A program made the translations under genes and the position numbers. A stretch of DNA of 64,000 bases, taken from Thermoplasmatales archaeon SW_10_69_26. GTDB lineage: Archaea > Thermoplasmatota > SW-10-69-26. The notes under the pieces were generated by a model. That model made no database searches and was not told the DNA's origin. It worked only from the letters and a program-made list of their open reading frames with translations. Shown here in pieces: positions 37,571-47,232 of the stretch. Every line of letters begins with the position of its first letter. Position 1 is the stretch's first letter. The stretch spans positions 1 through 64,000 of the forward strand of contig PXUB01000032.1 in the NCBI GenBank assembly GCA_003009755.1, written 5' to 3'.

Positions 37571-39379
37571 GCGCAACGCCTCGACGGCCGGCAGATCCTC
37601 GCCCGCCAACGCCGACAACAGGGCACCGCCCGCCAAGGAGACGTGATCGAAGCGATCCCGGGGCACGCCCAGCTGGGTTATCGCCTGCACCGTGTGACCG
37701 CCGCCGATGACGCTGTAGGCGTCGGCCTTGCCGGCGGCCGAGAACACCCGGTGGGTGCCCCGGTCGTAGGGCGTCTCCTCGTAGACGCCCATCGGGCCGT
37801 GCACGAGCAGCGTGCCGGCGTCGTTGGCGTGGTCGGCGAAGCTGTCGGCCGTGTCCTTCCCGATGTCGCGGATCCGGCCCCGGGCCGGCAGCTCGTCGAC
37901 GGGGACCTCGAAACGGTCGCCGTTGCGGTGGACCGCCACGTCGGTCGGCAACCGGATCCGGTCGCCGTAGGTGTCGAAAAGCGAGCGGGCCTGGCGGCCG
38001 TGCTCGCGGTAGCCGTGCTCCTCCAGCAGGGCTCGGGTGCCTTGCCCGGTGTTGACGCCGTCGGCTTCGAGGAACGAGGCCGCCAACAGGCCCCCGACGA
38101 GCACCTCGTCGACCCGGTCGCGCGCCAGCTGGTAGGCCATCGCATCCAGGCTCGCGCCCGGCTTGGCGCCGCCGAGCACGGCCACCCGCGGCTCGTCCTG
38201 GCGGCCGACGCGTTCGAGCGCCTCCAGCTCGGCCAACAGCCCCGGCCCGGCGAGGGCAGGCAGCAGTTCGGGGAACCCGACCAGCGAGGCGTGCGAGCGG
38301 TGGCACGCCGGGAACGCCTCGTTCACGAACACGTCCACCCGCGAGGCCACCGCCTGCACCCAATCGCGCCGGGCGTGCCCGCCGGGGCTGATGTCGGACA
38401 TCTCGCCCTCGGCCCGGCGCACGTTGCCCAAAAGCAAGACCTCGCCCGGCGCCACCGATCCGGCGGCCTCGAGCGCCCGATCGTCGTCGATCGCCTCGAC
38501 GTGGTCGACGGGGACCGCCAGCCTCTCGTCCAGGATCGCGGCGTGCTGGCCCAAGTCGAGGAAGTCCTCGCGCCCGGGGCGGCCTTGGTGGGCGAGGACG
38601 ACGACGCCGGCGCCGCGGTCGAGCAGCGTCTGGATCGTGTCCGCGGCCGCTTGCAACCGATCGCGGCCGACGATCCGGCCGTCCTCGACCGGCTCGTTGA
38701 CGTCCACCCGCAACAGGACGCGTCGATCCGTCAGCTCGGCGTCGTCGATCGTCGCCAGCAACCCGCTGGCGGCCTCGACCTCGGTCGGGGTCGGCGTCGG
38801 CACGCGCGCGCTCCGGCCGTCCTCGGCGTCGGTTCGGATCACGTCCAGCACGCGGCGAGCCAACAGCCCCAGCACCGGCTTGACGAAGCCGGTCCACCGG
38901 CTCAGGCGCTGGCGCCCGGTCTCGTCCAGGCCGCGGGCGCGGGCCTCCAGCACGAGCAGGCAGTTGTCCCCGTGGCGTTCGTGGATCGACAAGGACACCA
39001 CGCCCTTGGCGCCCGAGCCGGTGTGGGCCAGGAACCGTTCGGGGGTGAGGCTCTCGACGAGCTCGAGCGGGTTCCAGAACCGGCCCACGAGCCCGACCAC
39101 GATCTCGCGCCCGGGGGCCTCGGCCAGCGGGACGCAGGCGGGGTGGTCGAGCAGGTCGCCGACCGTCGTGTCGGGGGCGATCGGTTCGCGGTCGCCGGAC
39201 TGGAGGAAGGACAGCGCCATCTGCGGGAGCTCGCGCAGCCACGTGGCCGCGGCCAGCAGCTGGTCGTCGCCGATCTGCGCCGGCCGGATCGCCTCGTAGA
39301 CCTCGTCGGCGGGCGCGTCGACGGCGACCGAGCGCACCAGGCGCACGTCGTCGTCGGGGAGGAAACGATCGTTGAGCAT
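37532..39379 (-). CDS. pgk: Phosphoglycerate kinase fused to an N-terminal SRPBCC/DUF2867-like domain
   Basis: LLRVDVN, AHQGRPG, HRSHASLVGF, GGAK, DIG, GPMGVYE, GGGHT motifs after a ~190 aa extra domain. Confidence 0.88.
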   Translation of the reverse strand: MLNDRFLPDDDVRLVRSVAVDAPADEVYEAIRPAQIGDDQLLAAATWLRELPQMALSFLQSGDREPIAPDTTVGDLLDHPACVPLAEAPGREIVVGLVGRFWNPLELVESLTPERFLAHTGSGAKGVVSLSIHERHGDNCLLVLEARARGLDETGRQRLSRWTGFVKPVLGLLARRVLDVIRTDAEDGRSARVPTPTPTEVEAASGLLATIDDAELTDRRVLLRVDVNEPVEDGRIVGRDRLQAAADTIQTLLDRGAGVVVLAHQGRPGREDFLDLGQHAAILDERLAVPVDHVEAIDDDRALEAAGSVAPGEVLLLGNVRRAEGEMSDISPGGHARRDWVQAVASRVDVFVNEAFPACHRSHASLVGFPELLPALAGPGLLAELEALERVGRQDEPRVAVLGGAKPGASLDAMAYQLARDRVDEVLVGGLLAASFLEADGVNTGQGTRALLEEHGYREHGRQARSLFDTYGDRIRLPTDVAVHRNGDRFEVPVDELPARGRIRDIGKDTADSFADHANDAGTLLVHGPMGVYEETPYDRGTHRVFSAAGKADAYSVIGGGHTVQAITQLGVPRDRFDHVSLAGGALLSALAGEDLPAVEALRSREGPVQRGAGE

Positions 39380-39403
39380 GGGAGGCGGAAGGCTTGACGG
39401 TCC

Positions 39404-40426
39404 TCAAGCGGTCTCCTGATCCCACATGTCCATGACGAGATCCGCGGTGCGCACGCTGTAGCCCCACTCGTTGTCGTACCACGAGAGGACCTTGACCATG
39501 CGCTCCTCGCAGACCTTCAGGCTCGGCGCGTCGACGACCGCGCTGTAAGGGGTCGTCTGGTAGTCGACGCTCACCAGCGGCTCGTCCTCGACGCGCAGGA
39601 TCCCCGCCAGCTCCTCGTCGGCGGCCTCGCGGTAGGCGGCGGTGACCTCGTCGGCGCTGGCGGTGTCGTTCATCCGCACGGTGAGGTCCACGACGGAGAC
39701 GTTGGGCACCGGTACCCGGATCGCCATCGCGTCGAGGCGGCCCTCCAGCTCCGGCATGACGGACCCGATCGCCTTGGCCGCCCCCGTCGAGGTGGGGATC
39801 ATCGAGACGGCGGCGGCGCGGGCGCGCCGCAGGTCGTCGTGCTCCCGGTCGAGGAGGACCTGGGAGTTCGTGTAGGCGTGCGCGGTCGTCACGAGGCCGT
39901 GCTGGATCCCGAACCGGTCGTGCAGGACCTTGGCGGTGGGGCCCAGGCAGTTCGTCGTGCACGAGCTGTTCGAGACGAGGCGATCCTCGCCGGGGTCGTA
40001 GGTGTCGCCGTTGACGCCGAGGACGAGCGTGGCGTCGACCTCGTCCTTCGGCGGTGCCGACAGCACGACGCGGTCGGCCCCGTTGTCGAGGTGGGTCTGC
40101 AGATCCGCGCGGTGCCGGAACTGGCCGGTGCACTCGATCACGTAGTCGACGTCGAACTTGTCCCAAGCCAGGTTGCTGGGATCGGGTTCGGAGAGCACGT
40201 GGAAGTGATCCCCGTCGATGACGAGGTCGCCGTCGACGAGCTCGACCTCGCCCTCGTAGGTCCCGTGCAGGCTGTCGTGCTTGAACAGGTGAGCCAGCGT
40301 CTCGTTGTCGGTCAGGTCGTTGATCGCGGCGATGTCGATCGGGTCCTCGTGGTCCAGCAGCGCCCGCAGCGCCAGGCGACCGATGCGTCCGAACCCGTTG
40401 ATCGCGATCCGAGGAGCCCGCGGCAT
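39404..40426 (-). CDS. gap: Type I glyceraldehyde-3-phosphate dehydrogenase
   Basis: INGFGRIGR, SSCTTNCL, PTSTGAAKA, WYDNEWGYS motifs. Confidence 0.96.
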   Translation of the reverse strand: MPRAPRIAINGFGRIGRLALRALLDHEDPIDIAAINDLTDNETLAHLFKHDSLHGTYEGEVELVDGDLVIDGDHFHVLSEPDPSNLAWDKFDVDYVIECTGQFRHRADLQTHLDNGADRVVLSAPPKDEVDATLVLGVNGDTYDPGEDRLVSNSSCTTNCLGPTAKVLHDRFGIQHGLVTTAHAYTNSQVLLDREHDDLRRARAAAVSMIPTSTGAAKAIGSVMPELEGRLDAMAIRVPVPNVSVVDLTVRMNDTASADEVTAAYREAADEELAGILRVEDEPLVSVDYQTTPYSAVVDAPSLKVCEERMVKVLSWYDNEWGYSVRTADLVMDMWDQETA

Positions 40427-40469
40427 GGCCCGCCGTTGGCCCTGGCTGGAGATTAAGGCTGGTTGCCAG

Positions 40470-40483
40470 TCCCACGCCTGGGA
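40470..40483. promoter_or_regulatory. Candidate operator palindrome TCCCA-N4-TGGGA upstream of the gap TATA-like box
   Basis: Perfect palindrome 44 bp before the ATG; CTTAAT on the minus strand at 40452-40457. Confidence 0.6.
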
Positions 40484-40484
40484 G

Positions 40485-42893
40485 CTAGCGGGCCAAGCGG
40501 ACGCTGTCGCCCTCGCCGATCCGGCGCACATCCTGCTCGAGCCCGATCTCCACCGGATCGCGGCCGGCGGCGTGCGAGGTGACGGCCACCTCGTCCTCCC
40601 GGACGCGTGCCTCCAACAGGTGGCCGCGGTACCGCAGCTCGACGGACACCGACTCCAGCGGGTCGGGGAAGGCGGGGTCGAAGGCGAGCACGTCCTCGGC
40701 GACCGACAGACCGGTGTAGCCGCGCTGCACGAGATCGATCGCGCCCGTCATCGAGCCCAAATGGATGCCCTCGTGCGTGGTGCCACCCTGGATATCCTCC
40801 ACGTCGGCGTCCAGGGCCCGCTGGAACAGCTGCCAGGAGCGGTCCGGGTCCAGCTCGGCCAACGCCCAGGCGTGCAGGAAGTAGCTCAGCGTGGATCCAT
40901 GCGAGGTCCGGTCGATGTAGTACTCCACGTTGCGAGGGATGTGGGCCTCCGGATCGAAGCTGTAGCCCAACCGGTCGAAGATGCCGGCCAACCGGTCGGG
41001 GGAGAACAGGTAGAACAGCATCACCACGTCGGGCTGCTTGGACGCCTTGTAGCGGTTCGCGTCGTCGTCCTCGGCCTCGAGGATGCGGTCCAACCGCTGG
41101 ATATCGTCGTAGCGCTCTTCGTAGCCCTCCCAGTCGAACTCCTCCAACCGGTGGTAGCCCTCGAACTGGCTGACGAGCCCGTCGTCGGCGATCGGGACGA
41201 ACAGGTTGCGGCTCACCTCGTCCCAACGATCGAGCTCGTCGTGCGTGAGCCGCAGCTTCTCCACCAGCTCGGCGCTGCGGTCCTTGGGCAGGATGTCGAG
41301 CACGTCCAGCCCCCGCTCGAGGCACCAGGCGGCCATCACGTTCGTGTACGCGTTGTTGTCCAGGCCCGGCTCGTCGCGCCACGGGTAGCGAGTGTGGTAC
41401 TCGTCGGGGCCGACGACACCGGTGATCTCGTAGGCGCCGCGCTCGTGGTCGTACCCGGCGAAGCTCGCCCAGAACCGAGCGATCGACAACAGCATCTCGG
41501 CGCCGTACAGCGCCAGGAACTCCATGTCGCCGGTCACGTGGTAGTGATGCCAGACGCTGTAGGCGATGGAGGCGTTGATGTGCCGTTGCAAGTGCGTCTC
41601 GTCGGGGATCCAGCGCCCCGAGCGCGGGTTGAGGTGCAGCTGTTGGCTCTCCTCCTCGCCGTTGGAGCCGCTTTGCCAGGGGAACATCGCGCCCTCGTAG
41701 CCCTGCCGGCGGGCGCGGCGCCGAGCCTCGTCGAGGCGGCGGAACCGGTAGCGCAGAAGCGAGCGAGCGATCTGCGGCACGTGGAAGTTCAGCGTCGGGA
41801 ACACGAACATCTCGTCCCAGAAGATGTGGCCGCGGTAGGCCTCGCCGTGCCAGCCGCGCGCCGGCACGCCGACATCGAAGTCGGTCGTGTGGAAGCTGGC
41901 GGTCTGCAGCAGGTGCAAGATGTGCAACCGCAAGGTGCGGGCCACACGGGCCTGCTCCACCGAGCCCGAGACGCCGACCTGCAGCCCGAAGCGACCCCAC
42001 AGGTGCCGCCAGTGCGTCGTGTGCCGGGTGTAGAGGTCCAGGAACCGCGGGGCGCGCGCGAGCTCGCGCTCCACCTCGTAGCCCGGCTCGGACGTCGCAG
42101 GGTCCCGCCCGGTGTACATCGAGCAGATCTTCTCGACGCGCACCGGTCGGCCCTCCCCGACGTGGACCGGGAACCGCTGGCGGACGCGGTCCTCCTCGGT
42201 GTCCGTCTGGCGAGCCGGTTGGATCGGGGATCCGTCGCGGTAGGCCTTCGTGCGAGCGGCTTGGGCCACCCGCACCCGGGAGCGATCGGTGTGGGTGAGA
42301 AGCCGCATCGTTTCGGCGTCCGCCATGTCGGTCCCGATCGGGTCCAGGTGCTGGCTCTCGAGATCCTGGTAGCGTTCGACGTTGGCGTTCTCGACCGTGC
42401 CGTCGATGGCGGTCTCGACCTGGATCTGGCCCGACCAGTCGAGCGGTTCGACGACCATCTGCTGCGCGGCGCGGTGGGGGTTGGCCATGCTGACGATGCG
42501 CCGGTTGACGAGCTTCGTCGTCCGGTCCTGGTCGTCGCGGAAGCGCACGCGGCGCGTCAGCATCGCGGTCTCGAGGTCGAGCACCTTCTCGTAGTCGAGG
42601 ACGTCGACCTCCTCGAGCCGGAACCAGGGGCCCCCGGCGGCGCGGAACGTGATCGGCAGCCAGTTCGGCATGTTGACGAGATCCTCGTTCTGGATCTCCT
42701 GGTCGAGCTTGACCGACGTCTGCCGGTCGTAGCCGCCGGCGAGGTACGTGCCCGGGTAGTGGACGTCGTCGGCGCTGGCCTCCGGCTCGGCACCGCGCGT
42801 GCACACGTAGCCGTTGCCGAGCGTCGTGAGCGCCTCGCGCAGCGGTTGCTCGTCGGGCGAGAACCCGCGGTAGCCGAACGTCCACCCGTTCAC
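40485..42893 (-). CDS. Glycoside hydrolase family 65 (trehalose/maltose-type phosphorylase)
   Basis: LGNGY, ARGWHGEAYRGHIFWDE, GPDEYH, KQPD, HGSTLS, EGIHLG motifs; GTG start overlaps the otsB stop (GTGA). Confidence 0.92.
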   Translation of the reverse strand: MNGWTFGYRGFSPDEQPLREALTTLGNGYVCTRGAEPEASADDVHYPGTYLAGGYDRQTSVKLDQEIQNEDLVNMPNWLPITFRAAGGPWFRLEEVDVLDYEKVLDLETAMLTRRVRFRDDQDRTTKLVNRRIVSMANPHRAAQQMVVEPLDWSGQIQVETAIDGTVENANVERYQDLESQHLDPIGTDMADAETMRLLTHTDRSRVRVAQAARTKAYRDGSPIQPARQTDTEEDRVRQRFPVHVGEGRPVRVEKICSMYTGRDPATSEPGYEVERELARAPRFLDLYTRHTTHWRHLWGRFGLQVGVSGSVEQARVARTLRLHILHLLQTASFHTTDFDVGVPARGWHGEAYRGHIFWDEMFVFPTLNFHVPQIARSLLRYRFRRLDEARRRARRQGYEGAMFPWQSGSNGEEESQQLHLNPRSGRWIPDETHLQRHINASIAYSVWHHYHVTGDMEFLALYGAEMLLSIARFWASFAGYDHERGAYEITGVVGPDEYHTRYPWRDEPGLDNNAYTNVMAAWCLERGLDVLDILPKDRSAELVEKLRLTHDELDRWDEVSRNLFVPIADDGLVSQFEGYHRLEEFDWEGYEERYDDIQRLDRILEAEDDDANRYKASKQPDVVMLFYLFSPDRLAGIFDRLGYSFDPEAHIPRNVEYYIDRTSHGSTLSYFLHAWALAELDPDRSWQLFQRALDADVEDIQGGTTHEGIHLGSMTGAIDLVQRGYTGLSVAEDVLAFDPAFPDPLESVSVELRYRGHLLEARVREDEVAVTSHAAGRDPVEIGLEQDVRRIGEGDSVRLAR

Positions 42894-44440
42894 GAGGGGC
42901 CCTCCAGCGTCCCCGCGATCGCGTCGAGGAAGGCCCGCACCGCCTCGGGGCCGGCCAAGCCGTAGTCCGCGAACGTCGGGCGGCCCTCGCCGCTCACGAG
43001 CACGCCGATCCCCTGCGGGAGCGCGTGGAAGGCGTCCTCGTCGGTGACGTCGTCGCCGACGTACACGACCGGCGTGTGGCGAGGATCGACGTCGAGCTGG
43101 TCGAGCAGGTGCTCGACGGCGCGGCCCTTGTCCCAGTCGACGTCCGGGCGCAGCTCGCGGACCCGCTTGCCGGGCGCGATCCGCAGCTCGGGGCTCTCGC
43201 CGGCCACGGCTTCCACGGTGCCACGCACGCGCTCGACCTGCCCGTCGGGGACCTGGCGATCGTGCACCGCCAGGGAGAACGGCTTGGGTTCGAGCACGAG
43301 CCCGTCCACGTCGCCCAGCTCGTCCTCGATCCGTTCCCGGGCGGCCTCGAGCGCGGGGACGAGGTCCTCGGCGACCCCGTGACGGGTGCGCTCGCCGCCG
43401 GGTTCGCGGATCTCCAGCCCGTGGCTGCCGGCGTAGATCAGCTCGTCGAGCCCGACGCGCTCGCGGACGTCGTCCAGCCCGCGCCCGCTGACGACCGCCA
43501 CCGGGCACCGCTCGGCCAGGCGAGCCACCGCCGCCCGCATCTCGTCGGAGATCGCGGCCCGATCCGGGTGCTCCACGATCGGCGACAGCGTTCCGTCGAA
43601 GTCGAGGAACACGACCGGGCGGTGCCGATCGACGCGCTCGAGGATCTCGTCCGCCGCGAGCGCGTCCGGCCGATCGGCGGGATCGCGGACGGGCACGTCG
43701 ATCTCGTCGAGGCTCGCGACGACGCGATCGGCCCCGCTGTCGGCCAGCGCCTGGGCGTGCCCGACCCGGTCGACACCGACGACGAGGCCGAACCCGCCGC
43801 GCCGGGCGGCCTCGACACCGGCCGCCGAGTCCTCCAGCACGAGGCAGCGCTCGGGCGCCGCCACCATGCGGCGGGCCGTCTCCAACAGCGTCTGGGGCGA
43901 GGGCTTGCCGGCCAGCCCCTCGTCGGCGGCCACGATCCCTCCGACGACGACGTCGAACCGCTCGCCCAGGCCCGCCGCGGCCAGGACCCGGCGAGCGTTG
44001 CGGCTGGCCGAGAACAGCCCCGCCGGGATCTCGGCCTCCGCCAGGTCGTCGAGCAGGGCCGTGGCGTCCTCGTGGACGGTGACGCCCTCCTCGTCGAGCA
44101 GCTCGTGGAAGCGCTCGTTCTTCGCCTCCGCGATCGCTTCCACCGAAGCCAGCCCCGGCTCGTCGGCCGTCTCCGGCAGCTGGATCCCCCGAGACGCCAG
44201 GAAGTGACGGATGCCACGTCGGCGGGGTTTGCCGTCGACGTGCTCGGGGTAGTCCTCCTCGGTGTCGAAGGGCGCCAGGTCCTCGCCCTCCCGCGCGGCC
44301 CGCTCCTCGAGCACCCGATCGAAGATCTCCTTCCAGGCGAACGCGTGCAGCCGGGCCGTCTGGGTGATCACGCCGTCGAGATCGAACAGGACAGCGTCCG
44401 TCGACGCCGGGTCGACCGCGATCCTCGTATCCCGCGACAC
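42890..44440 (-). CDS. otsB: Beta-phosphoglucomutase-like HAD fused to trehalose-6-phosphate phosphatase
   Basis: FDLDGVIT...GKPSP...EDS, then FLDFDGTLSPI, SGR, YAGSHG, WDKG, GDDVTDEDAF. Confidence 0.9.
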   Translation of the reverse strand: MSRDTRIAVDPASTDAVLFDLDGVITQTARLHAFAWKEIFDRVLEERAAREGEDLAPFDTEEDYPEHVDGKPRRRGIRHFLASRGIQLPETADEPGLASVEAIAEAKNERFHELLDEEGVTVHEDATALLDDLAEAEIPAGLFSASRNARRVLAAAGLGERFDVVVGGIVAADEGLAGKPSPQTLLETARRMVAAPERCLVLEDSAAGVEAARRGGFGLVVGVDRVGHAQALADSGADRVVASLDEIDVPVRDPADRPDALAADEILERVDRHRPVVFLDFDGTLSPIVEHPDRAAISDEMRAAVARLAERCPVAVVSGRGLDDVRERVGLDELIYAGSHGLEIREPGGERTRHGVAEDLVPALEAARERIEDELGDVDGLVLEPKPFSLAVHDRQVPDGQVERVRGTVEAVAGESPELRIAPGKRVRELRPDVDWDKGRAVEHLLDQLDVDPRHTPVVYVGDDVTDEDAFHALPQGIGVLVSGEGRPTFADYGLAGPEAVRAFLDAIAGTLEGPS

Positions 44441-44482
44441 GATCCCCCGTTGCCCTCGGGGGCACTATGGGCTGACCCCCGT

Positions 44483-44496
44483 TCCCAGTCCTGGGA
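44483..44496. promoter_or_regulatory. Candidate operator palindrome TCCCA-N4-TGGGA upstream of otsB
   Basis: Perfect palindrome 43 bp before the GTG start. Confidence 0.6.
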
Positions 44497-44596
44497 CTCG
44501 CCGAGCCCGGCGTCCGTTTCCCCTCCGAAACCGTCGCTTGGCCCCACCAGGCGGGCCTTCGCGACCCCCAAGGGCCGGAGCCAGCCATCCGGGGAC

Positions 44597-44932
44597 GTGT
44601 TCCTCGAGCCGGAGGATCCCGGGGTCGACGAGGAGGCCGTTGGCTCGGCGGTGGCCAACCCCTGCGATCGCCAGATCCTGGCCCTCGCCCAGCGGGGCCC
44701 GGTCGCGGCGAAGACGATCCTCGAACGGACCAGCATCCCGAAGAGCACCCTGTACCGCCGCATCGACCGGCTGCAGGAGCAAGGCCTCCTGGAGGTCGTC
44801 TCCTCCACGATCGAGGACGGCCACCGGATCGACCGGTACCGGTGCCCACTGCAAGGGATCGGCATCCGCATCGAGGACGGGGAGATCCACCTCGAGTGGT
44901 CGGCCCGCCGACCCCAAGCCGAGGACGCTTGA
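44597..44932 (+). CDS. ArsR-like winged helix-turn-helix protein
   Basis: RQILA...IPKSTLYRRIDRLQEQGLL...Y. Confidence 0.82.
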   Translation: MFLEPEDPGVDEEAVGSAVANPCDRQILALAQRGPVAAKTILERTSIPKSTLYRRIDRLQEQGLLEVVSSTIEDGHRIDRYRCPLQGIGIRIEDGEIHLEWSARRPQAEDA

Positions 44933-44986
44933 CCAGATGTTCGGCCGACGCAGCCGTTTTCGAGCCTCACCGTCAACGCGGGTACG

Positions 44987-45403
44987 ATGAGCGTCCAGGA
45001 CATCGCCCGAGATCGCGTGGTGACGGCCGACCCCCACACGGCCGCCGAGCAGGTCGCCCGACAGCTCAAGGAGGCCAACGTGGGCTGCGTCGTCGTGACC
45101 GAGGACGGCCAGCCGAGCGGGCTCGTCACCGACCGGGACCTGGTGACGCGGGTCGTGGCCAACCTCGGCGCCGCCAGCGGCCTCACCGCCGGCGACATCA
45201 TGACGCCCGAGGTCGCCACGATCGAGGCCGACCAGGGCATCTTCGAGCTGACCGAGCTGATGCGGCGGCAGGGGATCCGCCGCGTCCCCGTCGTCGACGG
45301 CGGCGACCTCGACGGGATCGTCACCTTGGACGACGTCCACCGGCTGTTGACGACCGAGCTCTCGAACCTCGCCCATGTCATCGAGAAGGAGTCGCCCGCG
45401 TAG
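44987..45403 (+). CDS. CBS domain pair protein
   Basis: GLVTDRDL, DIMT, IRRVPVV, GIVTLDD motifs. Confidence 0.92.
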   Translation: MSVQDIARDRVVTADPHTAAEQVARQLKEANVGCVVVTEDGQPSGLVTDRDLVTRVVANLGAASGLTAGDIMTPEVATIEADQGIFELTELMRRQGIRRVPVVDGGDLDGIVTLDDVHRLLTTELSNLAHVIEKESPA

Positions 45404-45404
45404 G

Positions 45405-46337
45405 ATGATCGAGCGAATCCTCGTCGGGACGGAGGGAAGCCAAGCCGCCGACAACGCCGTCTCGACCGCGCTCCGGCTCGCCCGCGCCGCCGACGCCGAG
45501 ATCCGGGCCGTGCACGCCCGCGAGACCCCGGAGGGTGCTCGACGCCGGTCCGCCGCCGGCCGACAGGTCGCCCACCAGCGCGAACGCGCCGGCGAGCGGG
45601 TGCTCGAAGCGGTCACCGAGCGCGCCGGCAAGGTCGACGTGCCCGCCACGACCGTCATCGACGACCGACCGCCGGCCGAGCTGTTGCTCGCGCAGGCCCG
45701 CGAGTGGGGTGCCGACCTGCTCGCGATCGGGGCCCAAGGCGAAAGCGGGTTCGAGCGAGCGATCCGCGGCAGCGTGGCCGACCAGCTGATCCGCGGCTCG
45801 CCGGTGCCCGTCCTCACCGTGCACCAACCGCCCTCGACCGACCCGCTGGACCCGATCGAGCGCCTGGTGGTGCCCTCGGACGGCAGCTCGGCCGCCCTCA
45901 GCGCAGCGCCGGTCGCCCGCGCCCTCGCCCGAGCCACCGGGGCCCGCCTCGACCTGGTGTTCGCTGTCCCGCCCCGGATCGAAGGCGGCGAGCTGCTGGG
46001 CCCGACCGACGACATCGAGCAGGCCGCCGCCACGCTCGCCGACGACGCCCTGGCCCCCCTCGAACGACGCTACCGGGGGACCGAGATCGAACGCGAGCGC
46101 CGTGTCCGCCACGACGCCCCCCACCGGGCGATCGTCCACCACGCCGACGAGAGGGACGCCGACATGATCGTCATGTCCACCCGCGGCCACGGATCGCTGG
46201 AACGAGTCCTCTTGGGTAGCGTCGTGGACAAGGTGCTTCGAACCTCGAACGTCCCCGTCGTCACGGTCAACCCCCCCGGCGAGGACGACCGCGTCGCCAG
46301 CCCGGAGGGCCAAGGGCCACAGGGAGCGCGGACCTAG
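45405..46337 (+). CDS. Tandem-domain universal stress protein
   Basis: ILVGTEGS...GSVADQLIR...PVL and VPSDGS...LLGSVVDKVLR...PVV. Confidence 0.9.
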   Translation: MIERILVGTEGSQAADNAVSTALRLARAADAEIRAVHARETPEGARRRSAAGRQVAHQRERAGERVLEAVTERAGKVDVPATTVIDDRPPAELLLAQAREWGADLLAIGAQGESGFERAIRGSVADQLIRGSPVPVLTVHQPPSTDPLDPIERLVVPSDGSSAALSAAPVARALARATGARLDLVFAVPPRIEGGELLGPTDDIEQAAATLADDALAPLERRYRGTEIERERRVRHDAPHRAIVHHADERDADMIVMSTRGHGSLERVLLGSVVDKVLRTSNVPVVTVNPPGEDDRVASPEGQGPQGART

Positions 46338-46374
46338 CCTGCCGGACTCGATGTGCCTAACATCTCGCGGCGGT

Positions 46375-46480
46375 CTCGGGAGACCGGCCACGGTCTTCCG
46401 AGAGTACGGGCGCAAGCCCGTGCGAATGAGCGAGTCAAGGTCACGGAGGCCGAAGCAGGAAACCCCCTGCGGGGTTTCGA
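46375..46480. repeat. Dispersed hairpin-rich repeat family A, copy 2
   Basis: Reverse complement of 53-159; abuts a 5'-truncated USP gene. Confidence 0.85.
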
Positions 46481-47217
46481 TGCAGGCCGACGATGAGATG
46501 GGGCGCTGAGGCCGCCGGGTCCTCTCCGACCTCGCCGCGGAAGCCGACGGGTACGGGGTCCCGATCGAGACGACGCTCGCGGAGGGCCAACCCGCCGACG
46601 TGCTGCTCGACGAGGCCGGGGACTGGCCAGCCGACCTGCTCGCTGTCGGGACCGAAGGCCAGGGGGCGCTAGCGCGGGCGATCGTGGGGAGCGTGGCCGA
46701 CCAGGTCGTCCGCTCGGCCCCTCGACCCGTGCTGACCGTGCGCGGGGACCCCGCCACGCCCTCCACGGCCCCGATCGAACGGGTGGTGGTCCCGACGGAC
46801 GGCAGCGCGGCCTCGCGAGCGGCCGCACCGTTCGCGATCGACCTGGCTGCCTCCACCGGCGCCCGGGTCGATCTCCTCCACGCGATCCCACCCCAGCTCG
46901 AGGACGCCGCTCGCGTGGATCGGCCGGCCGCCCAGACCCGACAGATCCGCGAAGAGGTGGTCGAGGCGGCCCTGACCCCGCTCGTCGAGGATTGCCGGCA
47001 GGCGGGCGTCGACCACGAGCGCGTCGTCCGCCGGGCGCGAGCGCGGGAAGCCATTGCGGACTACGCCGACGAGACGGATGTCGACGTGATCGTGATGGCG
47101 ACCCACGGGCGATCCGGCGTCGAGCGGTTCCTGCTCGGCAGCGTGACCGACAAGGTCATCCGATCGACCGACACGCCGGTCGTGACGATCCGCCCCGGCG
47201 ACGCCGCGTGGGCGTGA
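46480..47217 (+). pseudogene. 5'-truncated tandem universal stress protein
   Basis: The USP frame extends upstream of 46600 through an in-frame TGA (46507) to the repeat edge; the first strand and helix of domain 1 are missing; domain 2 is intact. Confidence 0.7.
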
Positions 47218-47232
47218 GGGTCCCGCCGACCG

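Noticed and set aside
40485-44849. Single 1454 aa OtsB1-like fusion
   Set aside because: The upstream part of that frame is non-protein-like; the HAD-TPP gene is in another frame and overlaps the GH65 start at GTGA
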